From the NCBI GenBank assembly GCA_042217585.1, contig JBDGSJ010000012.1, positions 1 through 41,249 on the forward strand: a stretch of DNA of 41,249 nt. Direction: 5' to 3'. Position 1 is the first letter of the stretch. Each line of letters starts with the position of its first letter. A model generated the notes under the pieces. That model was not told where the DNA came from and made no database searches. It saw nothing but the letters and a program-made list of their open reading frames with translations. Below, piece by piece: positions 18,401 through 26,947 of the stretch. The translations under genes were made by a program, and so were the position numbers. The DNA is from Candidatus Nanohaloarchaea archaeon. GTDB taxonomy: Archaea > Nanohalarchaeota > Nanosalinia > Nanosalinales > Nanosalinaceae.

Positions 18401-19029
18401 GCCACTGCGTGTCCCCCGTACCACGAGGCGATTTTCTGTCCTTCTACGAATACGTCTGATGCGTCGTCGGAGTCTATTCCTATGGTGTAGGTCCCTGACT
18501 CCGGTGCGTATATGTAGCCCTCGGCTTTCCACGAGTAACCTCCGGAGGGGAGATAGGAGGGTTTCTCGTCCCAACCGGCATCGTACCAGTGTATCCTCCT
18601 CTGGAACATGCCCGTGCCGCCGAACTCCACCCCCGGCTTCGAAGTATTGAAGAACTGGTCGAACTGTTCCTCCGTTTCAGGATGGCCGTTCTCGCTGTAG
18701 TAGGTCCCGGTATCGTACCAGGTATAGTTCAGGTTCTCCTTCGCCCCCGTGCTCTTCAGTGTCAGGTTCCCGGAATCTGTCTTAACGGCGTTACGGTCAC
18801 CTTCTTTCCACGAGCTGGTCTCCCAGGAGAGAGTAAGGTTGCCGGTCGTGTTGAACATCAGGCTGGCCGTACTGCATCCTGAACCACACTCAGGTTTGAA
18901 ACTGAATGTCACAGGGTTCTCTACATCAGCGTCCTCCGCCGGGGGACCTACCTGGACGATAGGGAGAGACAACCCGGAAAACGTCAGCAGAAGTACACAG
19001 AGGGGGAGAAAGATGTTTTTCTTCTCCAT
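15457..19029 (-). CDS. Large secreted adhesin/lectin: three PA14 domains, Ig-like domains and a C-terminal FN3-like domain
   Basis: Sec-type signal peptide; three copies of W.A.GY.YAPESGTYTIGIDSDDASDVF...GH...L.KG.H...VR.(Q/E)E..G..G..(L/V)AW..PG; C-terminal IDLSWKDRSNNENGFRVY...VTAFNGAGSS. Confidence 0.88.
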   Translation of the reverse strand: MEKKNIFLPLCVLLLTFSGLSLPIVQVGPPAEDADVENPVTFSFKPECGSGCSTASLMFNTTGNLTLSWETSSWKEGDRNAVKTDSGNLTLKSTGAKENLNYTWYDTGTYYSENGHPETEEQFDQFFNTSKPGVEFGGTGMFQRRIHWYDAGWDEKPSYLPSGGYSWKAEGYIYAPESGTYTIGIDSDDASDVFVEGQKIASWYGGHAVAGGYGHSGQITLSRGWHPIKVRMEEGGGQDGVSLAWKKPGESDFKVIPDDRYANASMEFQSPGSYETEPKTVRAPAYWRSAEVKALTPSGTSVDVDYASKGKNGWTYHESIEEVPQTERIKLNVTLSTGDVYQAPEVRSISVKYSLPTNSVFHWVTDSGDEWSTGEVRNTTVENGGISLSRSVPGQQGRLRYHWYDTSELNQVNGYANDEEEMDMFTDPGTNGVSRGGEGIHSGRVHWHSSSWDAKPSYLSSEHYSWEASGYLYAPESGTYTIGIDSDDASDVFIDGNRVASYYGPHGTSGSYGHSGQITLSKGFHRFRVRMQEDTGGDGVSVAWIRPGESSFQVIPSTRYYPRVYPDSGNYTSRTFAAARDVDWRNSRVTGSTGASTSYDIDFGHNSSGTWIYNESLDDVPASRFLRFRAHLETSDNLKTPTVRKVNLSYANTQTRFREMKTVSNVDSGQTNSITYDFSSYSLPSTFRWAIKVTEQDGTTNRSYARNITVRPKDFPSPTIDWTSPADRNSTRNPVNFSFRPECYSRYGCYDVALHFNSTGKVLNWTFSDGDDWNSGTLSGTEISAGDLRLESSVGAQGKLAYRWYETQGLNQEDNYADSEDAMDKFFNPSRSGVSLQGTGNHSGSVHWQSGGGWNAKPSYLPGDHFSWKASGYLYAPESGTYTIGIDSDDASDVFIDGKRAVSWYGGHGVSGSYVHSDTIQLDKGYHTFRVRVQEHTGGSGVSVAWKRPGESSFQVIPSDRFYRLRYEDSGTYTSPVLSDSQKFDPRQVRTETVEPAGTGLSVSFLENSSGTWISHSDIDSVPQTRFLKYRVSMSTNNDRSPKLTRFNLTYYDSEVMKSRKVVTDIENGTAGVLRYDYRSGKLPQTFRGFLTVTQSNGDVTRSAEKIFRVKYGGIVIDLSWKDRSNNENGFRVYTNSTGSFRKVGSTGPNEKSFSYNALNIKDGDYVCFNVTAFNGAGSSSVQDCGVISR
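16334..16424. repeat. Intragenic exact repeat in the C-terminal PA14 (91 bp identical to 17540-17630)
   Basis: Direct comparison of TTCCCGTCGATGAATACG...CCGGATGCCT. Confidence 0.9.
17540..17630. repeat. Intragenic exact repeat in the middle PA14
   Basis: Identical to 16334-16424. Confidence 0.9.
18448..18510. repeat. Intragenic exact repeat in the N-terminal PA14 (63-bp core common to all three copies)
   Basis: GAATACGTCTGATGCG...CCGGTGCGTA is identical in all three copies. Confidence 0.9.
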
Positions 19030-19132
19030 ACTCCTGTCTACGGCCCCTACAAATAAAGAACTTTCCCAGGAAAGCTTCCTTTCTCTTCAGGAAATGAAAC
19101 AGAAAAGAGGAGAAAATATAGGGGGAAGGGGT

Positions 19133-20419
19133 TTATTCCTTCTCGTTTACGGAGAGAGCCTGTCCGGCGCCGACCGTCTGTCCCATGTCCCTGATCGCGA
19201 AACGGGCGAGCTGAGGGATGTCATCGTTCTCCTCGATGACCAGCGGCTGCTGGGGAGTGATCTCGACGACAGCGGCCTGACCCTGCTTGATGTAGTCAGG
19301 GTCCTCTTCCAGCGTCTCACCGGTCTTCGGGTCCATGGTCTTCTTCAGGTCAGTGAAGGTGCATGAGACCTGAGCGGTGTTGACGTGGAATACAGGCGTG
19401 TAGCCCTCCGAGATGACGTTCGGGTGGTTCAGGACGATTACCTGAGCCTCGAAGGAGTCGACGACCGTAGGAGGATTGTCCGAAGGTCCTGCGACGTCTC
19501 CCTTCTTGATGTCGTCCTGTCCTACGCCACGCGTGTTCCATCCGATGTTGTCACCGGGCTCGGCGTGGTCGATTTCCTCGTGGTGCATCTCGATGGTCTT
19601 GACCTCTCCGCCGACGTTCTGGTTAAGACGGGTGGAGGCAGGTTCGAAGACGACGCTGTCTCCGGGCGAAAGGTCCCCTGTTTCGACCCTTCCGACGGCT
19701 ACGGCTCCGATCCCGGAGATCTTGTAGACGTCCTGTACCGGGATGCGTCCTGGCAGGTCAACCGCCTTCTCTGGCTCTTCGAAGTCGTCAAGAGCGTCCA
19801 GCAGTGTAGGTCCGTCGTACCAGTCCATCTCGTCGGAGTCGTTCGCGACTCCCTCTCCCTCGAAGGAGGATACAGGTATGAACTGGACGTCGGAGGTATC
19901 GTATCCGACTCCCTGGAGGAGCTCGGAGACGTCTTCCTTGAGGTCGTTGAAAGCGTCCTCGCTGTAGTCCTCGAGGTCCATCTTGTTGACGGCGACCGTC
20001 AGCTGGTCGATTCCAAGGGTCTTCGCCAGGTAGGCGTGCTCCTTGGTCTGCGGCTGGATCCCGTCGTCAGCCGCGACGACCAGTACAGCAGCGTCAGCCT
20101 GAGATGCGCCCGTGATCATGTTCTTGATGAAGTCACGGTGTCCAGGAGCGTCGATGATGGTGAAGTAGTAGTTGTCAGAGTCGAAGTCCTGGTGGGCGAG
20201 GTCGATTGTAACACCTCTCTCCCTCTCTTCCTCAAGGGAGTCCATGGCGAAAGCGAAGCCGAAGGTCTCCTTTCCTGCCTCCTCGGCTGCTTCCTCAAGC
20301 TTCCTCATTTCCTCTTCTGGTAGGTTTTCGGTATCCCACAGAAGTCTTCCGATAGTGGTAGACTTTCCGTGGTCAACGTGTCCGATGAATACTAGGTTAA
20401 TGTGTGGTTTGTCAGCCAT
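19133..20419 (-). CDS. tuf: Translation elongation factor EF-1alpha
   Basis: [42 protein letters not shown]. Confidence 0.98.
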   Translation of the reverse strand: MADKPHINLVFIGHVDHGKSTTIGRLLWDTENLPEEEMRKLEEAAEEAGKETFGFAFAMDSLEEERERGVTIDLAHQDFDSDNYYFTIIDAPGHRDFIKNMITGASQADAAVLVVAADDGIQPQTKEHAYLAKTLGIDQLTVAVNKMDLEDYSEDAFNDLKEDVSELLQGVGYDTSDVQFIPVSSFEGEGVANDSDEMDWYDGPTLLDALDDFEEPEKAVDLPGRIPVQDVYKISGIGAVAVGRVETGDLSPGDSVVFEPASTRLNQNVGGEVKTIEMHHEEIDHAEPGDNIGWNTRGVGQDDIKKGDVAGPSDNPPTVVDSFEAQVIVLNHPNVISEGYTPVFHVNTAQVSCTFTDLKKTMDPKTGETLEEDPDYIKQGQAAVVEITPQQPLVIEENDDIPQLARFAIRDMGQTVGAGQALSVNEKE

Positions 20420-20581
20420 TTTTGATCACACCTTTAATGCGTATATTTTGGAATAACCCTGTTAAACTTTAAAAAGGGTTCCGATAGAACTCTGGTTTTT
20501 TCGTTATCGGAAGGGCAAAACACCGGCAGGACGGGAGAGTGAAGAACAGGTATGGGAAGAAAAGGAAGGCGCGGGGAGGAT

Positions 20582-22768
20582 TCACTCCTCTATGCTCGGG
20601 AGTTCCTCCTTCATGCCCTTGCGCTCCCTGATCTCCAGGATCTTCTCCTCCTGGAGGTTCTTGTCGATGGGCTCGAAGACGACGTCCTTCGGGTTGAAGA
20701 ACCCTTTGCCGTTGGTGGCTGACTTGAGGTCCGCCTCGAACCCGAACATCTCGGCGACCGGGACCTTGCACTGGATTATGGAGGAGTCTCCCTCCTCTTC
20801 CATGTTCATGACGTCTCCTCTCCTGTTGGAGACCTCCGTCATCGCCGATCCCATCGTGTCGCTCGGCGTATCGATCCTGATTATCCTGACAGGTTCGATG
20901 AGCTCCGGACGGGAGTTGAGGAACCCTCTCCTCATCGCGTCCTTCGTGGCCGGTATCATCTGTGCCGGTCCACGGTGGATGGCGTCCTCGTGGAGCTTCG
21001 CGTCGTGGAGCTTGACCTTGAGACCTATCACGGGCTCGTTTGCCAGCGGTCCCTCGTCGCAGAACTCGTGGAACGCGTCGACGAGGTACTCCTCGATCTC
21101 TCTGAGGTTCTTGATACCTCTGGAGGCGTTTACGAACATGTTCTCCTCGTATACGTCCATGATGTTGTCCGCCTCGTCCTTATCCATCCCTGCCTCGACG
21201 AGTGCGTCACGGACCTCGGTCTCGTCGTCCGCCTGCATCTTGAGGTCCTCGTACTCATCCTTCAGGAACTTCCTGACCTCCTCGTCGATGGGCTCGACCG
21301 AGATCTCAAGCTTGTTGTGCCTGTTCGGGGATTTCCCGACGTAGACATCGCTCTCGTCCTGTATTCCCTCTCTGAAGACGACGATCGGCTCGGAGACGTG
21401 TATGTCGATGCCCTTCTCCTCGAGGTGTCTCTCGACCTTTGCCTCGATGTGCAGCTCTCCGAGTCCGGAGACCAGGGTCTCTCCCGTCTCCTCGTCGATG
21501 TCCACCTTGATGGTGTTGTCCTCCTTCGCTCGCTTCCTGAGCTCCTCGATCAGCTTCGGGAGGTCCGAAGTGTTCTTCGGCTCGATGGACTTGGTAACCA
21601 CGGGCTCGAAGACGTGCTCGATCTGCTCGAACGGCTGGATCTCGTCCTCTCCCTTCAGGATGAAAGTCTCTCCCGTGGAGAAGTCAGGTCCTGTTATCGC
21701 GGTGATGTTGCCCGCGGGGACCGAGTCGACGGTGAGCTTTCGCGGTCCGGAGTAGATGCCGACCTGCTGGGCCCGCTCCTCCTTGTGGGAGCCGATCCCG
21801 TAGAGCTCGTCTCCCTCCTCGACCGTTCCGGAGAACAGTCTCGCGGTCGCGATCGTGCCGGCGTGCTCGTCGTCCTCTACGTTCGTGACGACACCGACCA
21901 GGGGTCCGTCGGCGTCCTGGTTGGCCATGGACTCACCTACCTCGCTGTCGGGGTCGCCGGGCCATACCTTGGGTATCCTGTAATCTGCGGCCTCCCGCGG
22001 GTTCACCAGGTGCTTGACGACCATGTCCAGGACCACTTCCTCGATCGGTGCGTCCTCTGCAAGGCCCTCATGGTCGCCATCGTTCACCCTGTCGATTATC
22101 TCCTCGAAGGAGATCCCTGTCTCCTGCATGAAAGGCATTGAGATCGCCCAGTTCTTCAGTGCGGAGCCGAAGGCGACCGTGCCGTCTTCTACTCCCATCT
22201 TCCATTCTTCCGCGGTCTCATTGTCCGCGTACTTTCTCAGGGCGGTGTTGACTTCTCTTATTATCTTCTTGAACCTTTTCTGCATTTCCTCCGGGGTGAG
22301 CTGCATCTCCTCGATCAGCCTGTCGACCTTGTTGATGAACAGGACCGGCTTGACTCCCTCGTTCAGCGCCTGTTTCATGACGGTCTCTGTCTGTGGCATG
22401 ACGCCGTCGACTGCGTCGACGAGGACCACTACTCCGTCGACAGCCCTCATAGCTCTTGTCACGTCTCCTCCGAAGTCGACGTGGCCGGGTGTGTCGATGA
22501 GGTTGATCAGGTAGTCGTCTCCGTCGAACTCGTGGACCATCGAGATGTTTGCGGAGTAGATCGTGATTCCACGCTCCGCTTCCTGGTCGTCGAAGTCCAT
22601 GAACCTCTGTTCTCCGGCGAGCTTGTCGGATATCATGCCCGCACGTGCGAGGAGGTTGTCAGTTAGTGTAGTTTTTCCGTGGTCGATATGCGCCGCTATA
22701 GCAATGTTTCTGATGTGCTCGGGGTCGTTGATGACCTCTTTAATCGCATCAAGCTCTTTGTCAGACAT
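20582..22768 (-). CDS. fusA: Translation elongation factor EF-2
   Basis: AHIDHGKTT, ERGITI, DTPGHVDF, NKVD; diphthamide loop HEDAIHRGPAQ. Confidence 0.98.
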   Translation of the reverse strand: MSDKELDAIKEVINDPEHIRNIAIAAHIDHGKTTLTDNLLARAGMISDKLAGEQRFMDFDDQEAERGITIYSANISMVHEFDGDDYLINLIDTPGHVDFGGDVTRAMRAVDGVVVLVDAVDGVMPQTETVMKQALNEGVKPVLFINKVDRLIEEMQLTPEEMQKRFKKIIREVNTALRKYADNETAEEWKMGVEDGTVAFGSALKNWAISMPFMQETGISFEEIIDRVNDGDHEGLAEDAPIEEVVLDMVVKHLVNPREAADYRIPKVWPGDPDSEVGESMANQDADGPLVGVVTNVEDDEHAGTIATARLFSGTVEEGDELYGIGSHKEERAQQVGIYSGPRKLTVDSVPAGNITAITGPDFSTGETFILKGEDEIQPFEQIEHVFEPVVTKSIEPKNTSDLPKLIEELRKRAKEDNTIKVDIDEETGETLVSGLGELHIEAKVERHLEEKGIDIHVSEPIVVFREGIQDESDVYVGKSPNRHNKLEISVEPIDEEVRKFLKDEYEDLKMQADDETEVRDALVEAGMDKDEADNIMDVYEENMFVNASRGIKNLREIEEYLVDAFHEFCDEGPLANEPVIGLKVKLHDAKLHEDAIHRGPAQMIPATKDAMRRGFLNSRPELIEPVRIIRIDTPSDTMGSAMTEVSNRRGDVMNMEEEGDSSIIQCKVPVAEMFGFEADLKSATNGKGFFNPKDVVFEPIDKNLQEEKILEIRERKGMKEELPSIEE

Positions 22769-22893
22769 CTTCAGTTTTCACCAGGTTCTATGTCTAACGA
22801 ACCGGTTACAAGTTTTAAAAGGCCTCCCGAGACCAGCCGGTCCTTTCGTCGAATGATTTTAATCCGTCGACCCGCAAACCTTTCTGTGAAAAG

Positions 22894-23880
22894 ATGAAGA
22901 CCCGTTTCATAGGTCCATACTCCTCCGGCAAGACGACGATAATCAACCTGCTGAAGGAGGCGACTGACCTCTCCACGGACCCCACACCTGTTTACGAGGA
23001 CCAGGGGGAAGTCGAGCTTTCGTTCCTCGGCGAGGTGGAGGAGGAGTCGCTGGACCTCGTCCCGGATGAGAAGGTCCCCATCACCGAACTCGGGGGTCAG
23101 GAGAAGTTCTGGGAGAAGCACAGGGAGGACTCTGACAAGTTCACGGCTGACGTGGACCTGATCGTGGGAGTCTTCGACCTGAAGGACCCGGAGGACCCTG
23201 AGAGGTACGGGGAGATGCTTGAATCCTACAGTTCCTACATCGAGAGCTTCCTCGAATCCGCGGAAGAACTTGACAGGGATATAGACTGGGGATTCCTCAT
23301 GAACAGGGTGGAGAGAGGAGAACTTAACAGCGAAAAGTACTCGGAGCGGAGAGAGATGATCGAGCAGATGCTGGAGGAGGCCTTCTCGGATTACGACGAT
23401 GGATACATGCTCGAGACCGTGTACGACATGAACCCGAGGTCCGCGCGCAGGGCGTTCTTCAACATATATCTCGAGAGCGCCGGCAGGGAGGACGTCGTCG
23501 ACGGTCTCTGCGAGAAGATATCGGAGAACGTACAGGCCCAGCAGGTATCAATAATGAACAGCGAGGGAGTGACACTGGGAAGATATCCGCCCGATGAGTC
23601 ATCCCTGGGAGAGGAACTCGAGGGCATAGGAGAGCTCATGAAGGCCTTCCCGGCTGACCGGAGGGACTTCGCCATCTTCTCCCAGGTCGGCGACCTGTCC
23701 AGCTCCTACCTAAGGCCCTCAAGCGACATGAACTACGATCTCGTGGTGAGGACCGAGGTCAACGGGGAACAGCTCCTGATACTGGTAAGGACCGACATGA
23801 GAGTGGGTGCGGTCCTCCTGAGGATCCAGGGGATAAAGGAGAACATAAGAGAGATAATGGAGGACTTTCTCGAGGAGTGA
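22894..23880 (+). CDS. Ras-superfamily small GTPase (Rag/Gtr-like) fused to a C-terminal roadblock-like domain
   Basis: G1 GPYSSGKTT, G3-like ELGGQEKF, LIVGVFDL, G4-like FLMNRVE, ETVYD; C-terminal VSIMNSEGVTLG...LLILVRTDMRVGAVLLRI. Confidence 0.72.
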   Translation: MKTRFIGPYSSGKTTIINLLKEATDLSTDPTPVYEDQGEVELSFLGEVEEESLDLVPDEKVPITELGGQEKFWEKHREDSDKFTADVDLIVGVFDLKDPEDPERYGEMLESYSSYIESFLESAEELDRDIDWGFLMNRVERGELNSEKYSERREMIEQMLEEAFSDYDDGYMLETVYDMNPRSARRAFFNIYLESAGREDVVDGLCEKISENVQAQQVSIMNSEGVTLGRYPPDESSLGEELEGIGELMKAFPADRRDFAIFSQVGDLSSSYLRPSSDMNYDLVVRTEVNGEQLLILVRTDMRVGAVLLRIQGIKENIREIMEDFLEE

Positions 23881-23896
23881 AAACAGGGTCCGGTCG

Positions 23897-24520
23897 TTAC
23901 CGGGCGCCCTCTGCCTCTCTTTCCCTTCTCTCCTTCTCGCGGACCGCTCTTATGTCCTCGTCGCCGTTGCTGGCGCTGATAAGTTCCTGTGCGAGGACCT
24001 CTGCGGCCGAGTTGTCTTCGGCAAGCCTCTTCTCGTATGCTCCCTGTGCGAGAAGTCTGAGGGCGAGGTCGACCCTTCTCTGGGGGGCCACGAGTACTGC
24101 TTTCCTGGCTCGGACTCCACCTCTCTGGTAGGTGACGACCTCTTCGACCGGGGCGGAGTTCTCGATCGCGTCGACGAGGACCTGGATGGGGTTCTCGCCG
24201 GTCTCCTCCTCGATCATCTCGAAAGTTTCTTCGATCATGTTCCAGAGTTTCTCGGAGTCCCCGGTGTTATGTCCGGAGCTGATGTAGTGTTTCTTTCCGC
24301 GGTGTCCCGCGACGTAAAGCTTGTTGAGAAGTCTCTCGACTATCGGTACGTCTGCCTTGTAGAACTGTTTCTCGCTGTGCCTTCCCTTGGACCGTGGGGC
24401 GAGGATGTTCTCCAGGTTGATGTACCTGACGAGTCCTTCATCGTTTATATCTGCCTCGTCCGCATCCCATCTTCCAAGGGTCTTCAGTTCGTCTTCAAGT
24501 TCAAGTTTGGCATCGCTCAT
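23897..24520 (-). CDS. rps7: 30S ribosomal protein uS7
   Basis: PIVERLLNKL, ENPIQVLVDAIENSAP, PQRRVDLALR. Confidence 0.97.
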   Translation of the reverse strand: MSDAKLELEDELKTLGRWDADEADINDEGLVRYINLENILAPRSKGRHSEKQFYKADVPIVERLLNKLYVAGHRGKKHYISSGHNTGDSEKLWNMIEETFEMIEEETGENPIQVLVDAIENSAPVEEVVTYQRGGVRARKAVLVAPQRRVDLALRLLAQGAYEKRLAEDNSAAEVLAQELISASNGDEDIRAVREKERREREAEGAR

Positions 24521-24527
24521 TCATTTA

Positions 24528-24950
24528 TCACCTTGTCGGCTTCTGCTTGTTGCCTCTTACGAGTTCCTTGAGGCTTACGCCGTTCACCTTGATAACCTTG
24601 TAGCGCACGGTAGGGATGTCGCCCTTGGGTCCTGCGTCCGCTCCACCGATTCCCTCGATCATGACCTCGTCGTGCTCGTCGATGTGGTCGATCGCTCCGT
24701 CTCCGGGCACGAACGCGGTGAGCTGTTTGCCGTTCTTGAGCAGCTGTACCCTTACACATTTCCTGAGCGCCGAGTTAGGCTGCTTCGCTTCGATTATACG
24801 TTTCTCGAGGACGATGCCTCTTCCCTGGGGTGATCCCTCGAGGGGGTCTGCCTCTTCCTTCAGGTTCAGCATCCTTCTCTTGTAATCCTTGTCGCTCCAT
24901 CTGTACTGCTGCCTTTTCTTGCGCATCTTCCGTGCGTTGTACAAGCCCAT
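24528..24950 (-). CDS. rps12: 30S ribosomal protein uS12
   Basis: [28 protein letters not shown]. Confidence 0.98.
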   Translation of the reverse strand: MGLYNARKMRKKRQQYRWSDKDYKRRMLNLKEEADPLEGSPQGRGIVLEKRIIEAKQPNSALRKCVRVQLLKNGKQLTAFVPGDGAIDHIDEHDEVMIEGIGGADAGPKGDIPTVRYKVIKVNGVSLKELVRGNKQKPTR

Positions 24951-24995
24951 ATCACCGTACCCGAAGTTAAACTTTTTATACCGGAGGGGAGAGGG

Positions 24996-26579
24996 TCAGC
25001 GGTAGAACCAGAACACCATCAGGGCCGCTGCTATCTCCAGCGCACCCAGTAGGAAGAGGTATCTGTCGGGCACGACCGGGGCCATAAGTATGCCCGAGGA
25101 AATCAGCAGCGCGGCGGTCACGGTCTGGTTCATCGACCTCGAGTTCTCGTTCACGACCCGGACCTCGGTCTTTTTCTTCTCCGTCAGTTCGTCCAGCTTG
25201 GACGGCAGCTCGGTCACGAGGTCCTCGTTCTCAAGCAGGTCTATCGCGAACCGGTCCGCCATCTTCTCGGGGCTGTGCTGTTCGTAGAGCACCTTCTTGA
25301 TCTCCCTCGCGTAGGTGTCCTTCATCTGGAGCCCGGGATGCAGGTCCATCGCCACTCCCTCCATGGTCACCATGGTCTTCAGCATCAGGATGTACGAGGA
25401 AGGTATCCTGAGGCCGTGGCGGGAGGCGAAGACGAGCAGTTCGAATATGTTCTGCGTGAAGCTCTCCTCCTCGAGTGTCGCGTCCCTGAGGACCAGTATC
25501 TTCTCCTCGACCTTCTCCTTTATCAGTCCGCGGTCCGCCTCGTCCTCGAGGCTTCCTATCTCCTCCAGCAGCCCGGTCACGGATTCGACGTCCTCGTTCG
25601 CGGCGTGAACGATCAGCAGGCCTATCCTCTTCCTCTGCTCCGGTGTCAGCTTTCCCATCATCCCGAAGTCGAGGTATATCAGTCTTCCCTCGCCGTCTAT
25701 CAGAAAGTTCGATGGATGCGGGTCCGCGTGGAAGAAGCCGTCCCGGATTATCTGTTTTATCGAGGACCTCGCCATCGTGTCGGCTATCCTGTCCCCCTCT
25801 ACGTCCATCTCCCTGAGTCCCTCCTCGTCGTCGCACTCCACGCCTTCAACGTACTCCATCACCATGACCTTTTCCGTGCTCATCTCGGAGTAAACGTACG
25901 GTATTCTGATATCCTCGTCGTCCTTCATGTTCTCCCTGAATATCCGTGCGTTGCGCGCCTCCTTCTTCAGGTCCAGTTCTTCTCTCGTCCATCTGGCGAA
26001 CTCCCTGACGTTCCTGCTGACGTTGAAGTCATTCAGGCCCTGGAACTGCTCGTCGGCACGGTCAGCGAAGAACTGAAGTATGTCCAGGTCCCGCTCCACC
26101 TCCTGCTTTATCCCCGGCCTCCTTATCTTGACTGCGACCTCCTTCCCGTTCTTCAGTTCGGCCCTGTGGACCTGTGCTATCGAGGCCGAACCTATCGGGT
26201 CCTCCTGGAACTCCGAGAAGTTTTCCTCCACCGGTCCGAGCTCCTTCTCCAGTATCTCCCGGGCCTTCTCCGGACTGAAGCTCTCGACAGATTCCTCCAG
26301 CTCCTTCAGTTCGGCGGCGTACTCCTCCGGTATCAGGTCCGGCCGCTCCGCCAGTATCTGGCCGAACTTTATGAAGGAGGGACCGAGTTCTTCGAGGAGT
26401 TCCCGCAGTCTCTCAGGGGGAGGGGTATCATCCGTCTCCGGAAGGATCCTTTTCGCAATCGGAAGCCGGTTGTCGAGGTCCAGGGCGTCCAGCAGAAAAT
26501 TGAAGCCCTCCTCTGAGGCCTTCCTTACTATCTCGTCCAGCCTCTTGACATCCTCGACCCTTTCCTCGACTATATCCAT
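24996..26579 (-). CDS. ABC1/UbiB (AarF) family atypical protein kinase with C-terminal TM helices
   Basis: LGPSFIKFGQ, SASIAQVH, VAVKIRRP, GFFHADPHPSN, LDFGMMG. Confidence 0.93.
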   Translation of the reverse strand: MDIVEERVEDVKRLDEIVRKASEEGFNFLLDALDLDNRLPIAKRILPETDDTPPPERLRELLEELGPSFIKFGQILAERPDLIPEEYAAELKELEESVESFSPEKAREILEKELGPVEENFSEFQEDPIGSASIAQVHRAELKNGKEVAVKIRRPGIKQEVERDLDILQFFADRADEQFQGLNDFNVSRNVREFARWTREELDLKKEARNARIFRENMKDDEDIRIPYVYSEMSTEKVMVMEYVEGVECDDEEGLREMDVEGDRIADTMARSSIKQIIRDGFFHADPHPSNFLIDGEGRLIYLDFGMMGKLTPEQRKRIGLLIVHAANEDVESVTGLLEEIGSLEDEADRGLIKEKVEEKILVLRDATLEEESFTQNIFELLVFASRHGLRIPSSYILMLKTMVTMEGVAMDLHPGLQMKDTYAREIKKVLYEQHSPEKMADRFAIDLLENEDLVTELPSKLDELTEKKKTEVRVVNENSRSMNQTVTAALLISSGILMAPVVPDRYLFLLGALEIAAALMVFWFYR

Positions 26580-26618
26580 AAATCGTTCATGCCGGTCCTT
26601 ACAGATAAGTTGAAGGGT

Positions 26619-26906
26619 TCAGGTAAACGTCCGGAGCAACAGGTAGAAAGCCAGGATCGGCAGGACAACGTAGAAGACGTACTTCGCATAGGCCGGTCCG
26701 AACCCTGTGTACTCACGGCTGTAGCTTTCCTCCACCTCGAACTCTGCGTCTTCAGGTGGTTCGCCCTCAGGCATCGGACCTGTGTAACCACATGACCTGC
26801 ACTGCCAGTTCACGGGGTCTCCGCCGCCGTACGCGGTCATGGCCCTGTTCGAGGTATCCGGCTCGACCCAGTCGCTGCCGCAGTTAGGACAGAATCTCTT
26901 TCTCAG
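26619..26906 (-). CDS. Small Zn-ribbon protein with C-terminal TM helix; probable CTG start
   Basis: Frame upstream of ATG 26840 continues LRKRFCPNCGSDW..., supplying the first CxxC for WQCRSCGY; AAGGTG lies 7 nt before CTG 26906. Confidence 0.65.
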   Translation of the reverse strand: MRKRFCPNCGSDWVEPDTSNRAMTAYGGGDPVNWQCRSCGYTGPMPEGEPPEDAEFEVEESYSREYTGFGPAYAKYVFYVVLPILAFYLLLRTFT

Positions 26907-26947
26907 TGGTCCGCACCTTCAACCTCCGGTAGAATGGTTTGTGGACC

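Noticed and set aside
16334..18510. Exact repeats as a CRISPR array or DGR template/variable repeats
   Set aside because: They are in-frame parts of PA14 domains about 1 kb apart, with no spacer periodicity, no adenine-specific mismatches and no cas or reverse transcriptase gene in the window.
14461..19029. Adhesin-pilin cassette as a mobile element
   Set aside because: No transposase, integrase, terminal inverted repeats or target duplication were seen, so it is reported only as an inserted or variable locus.
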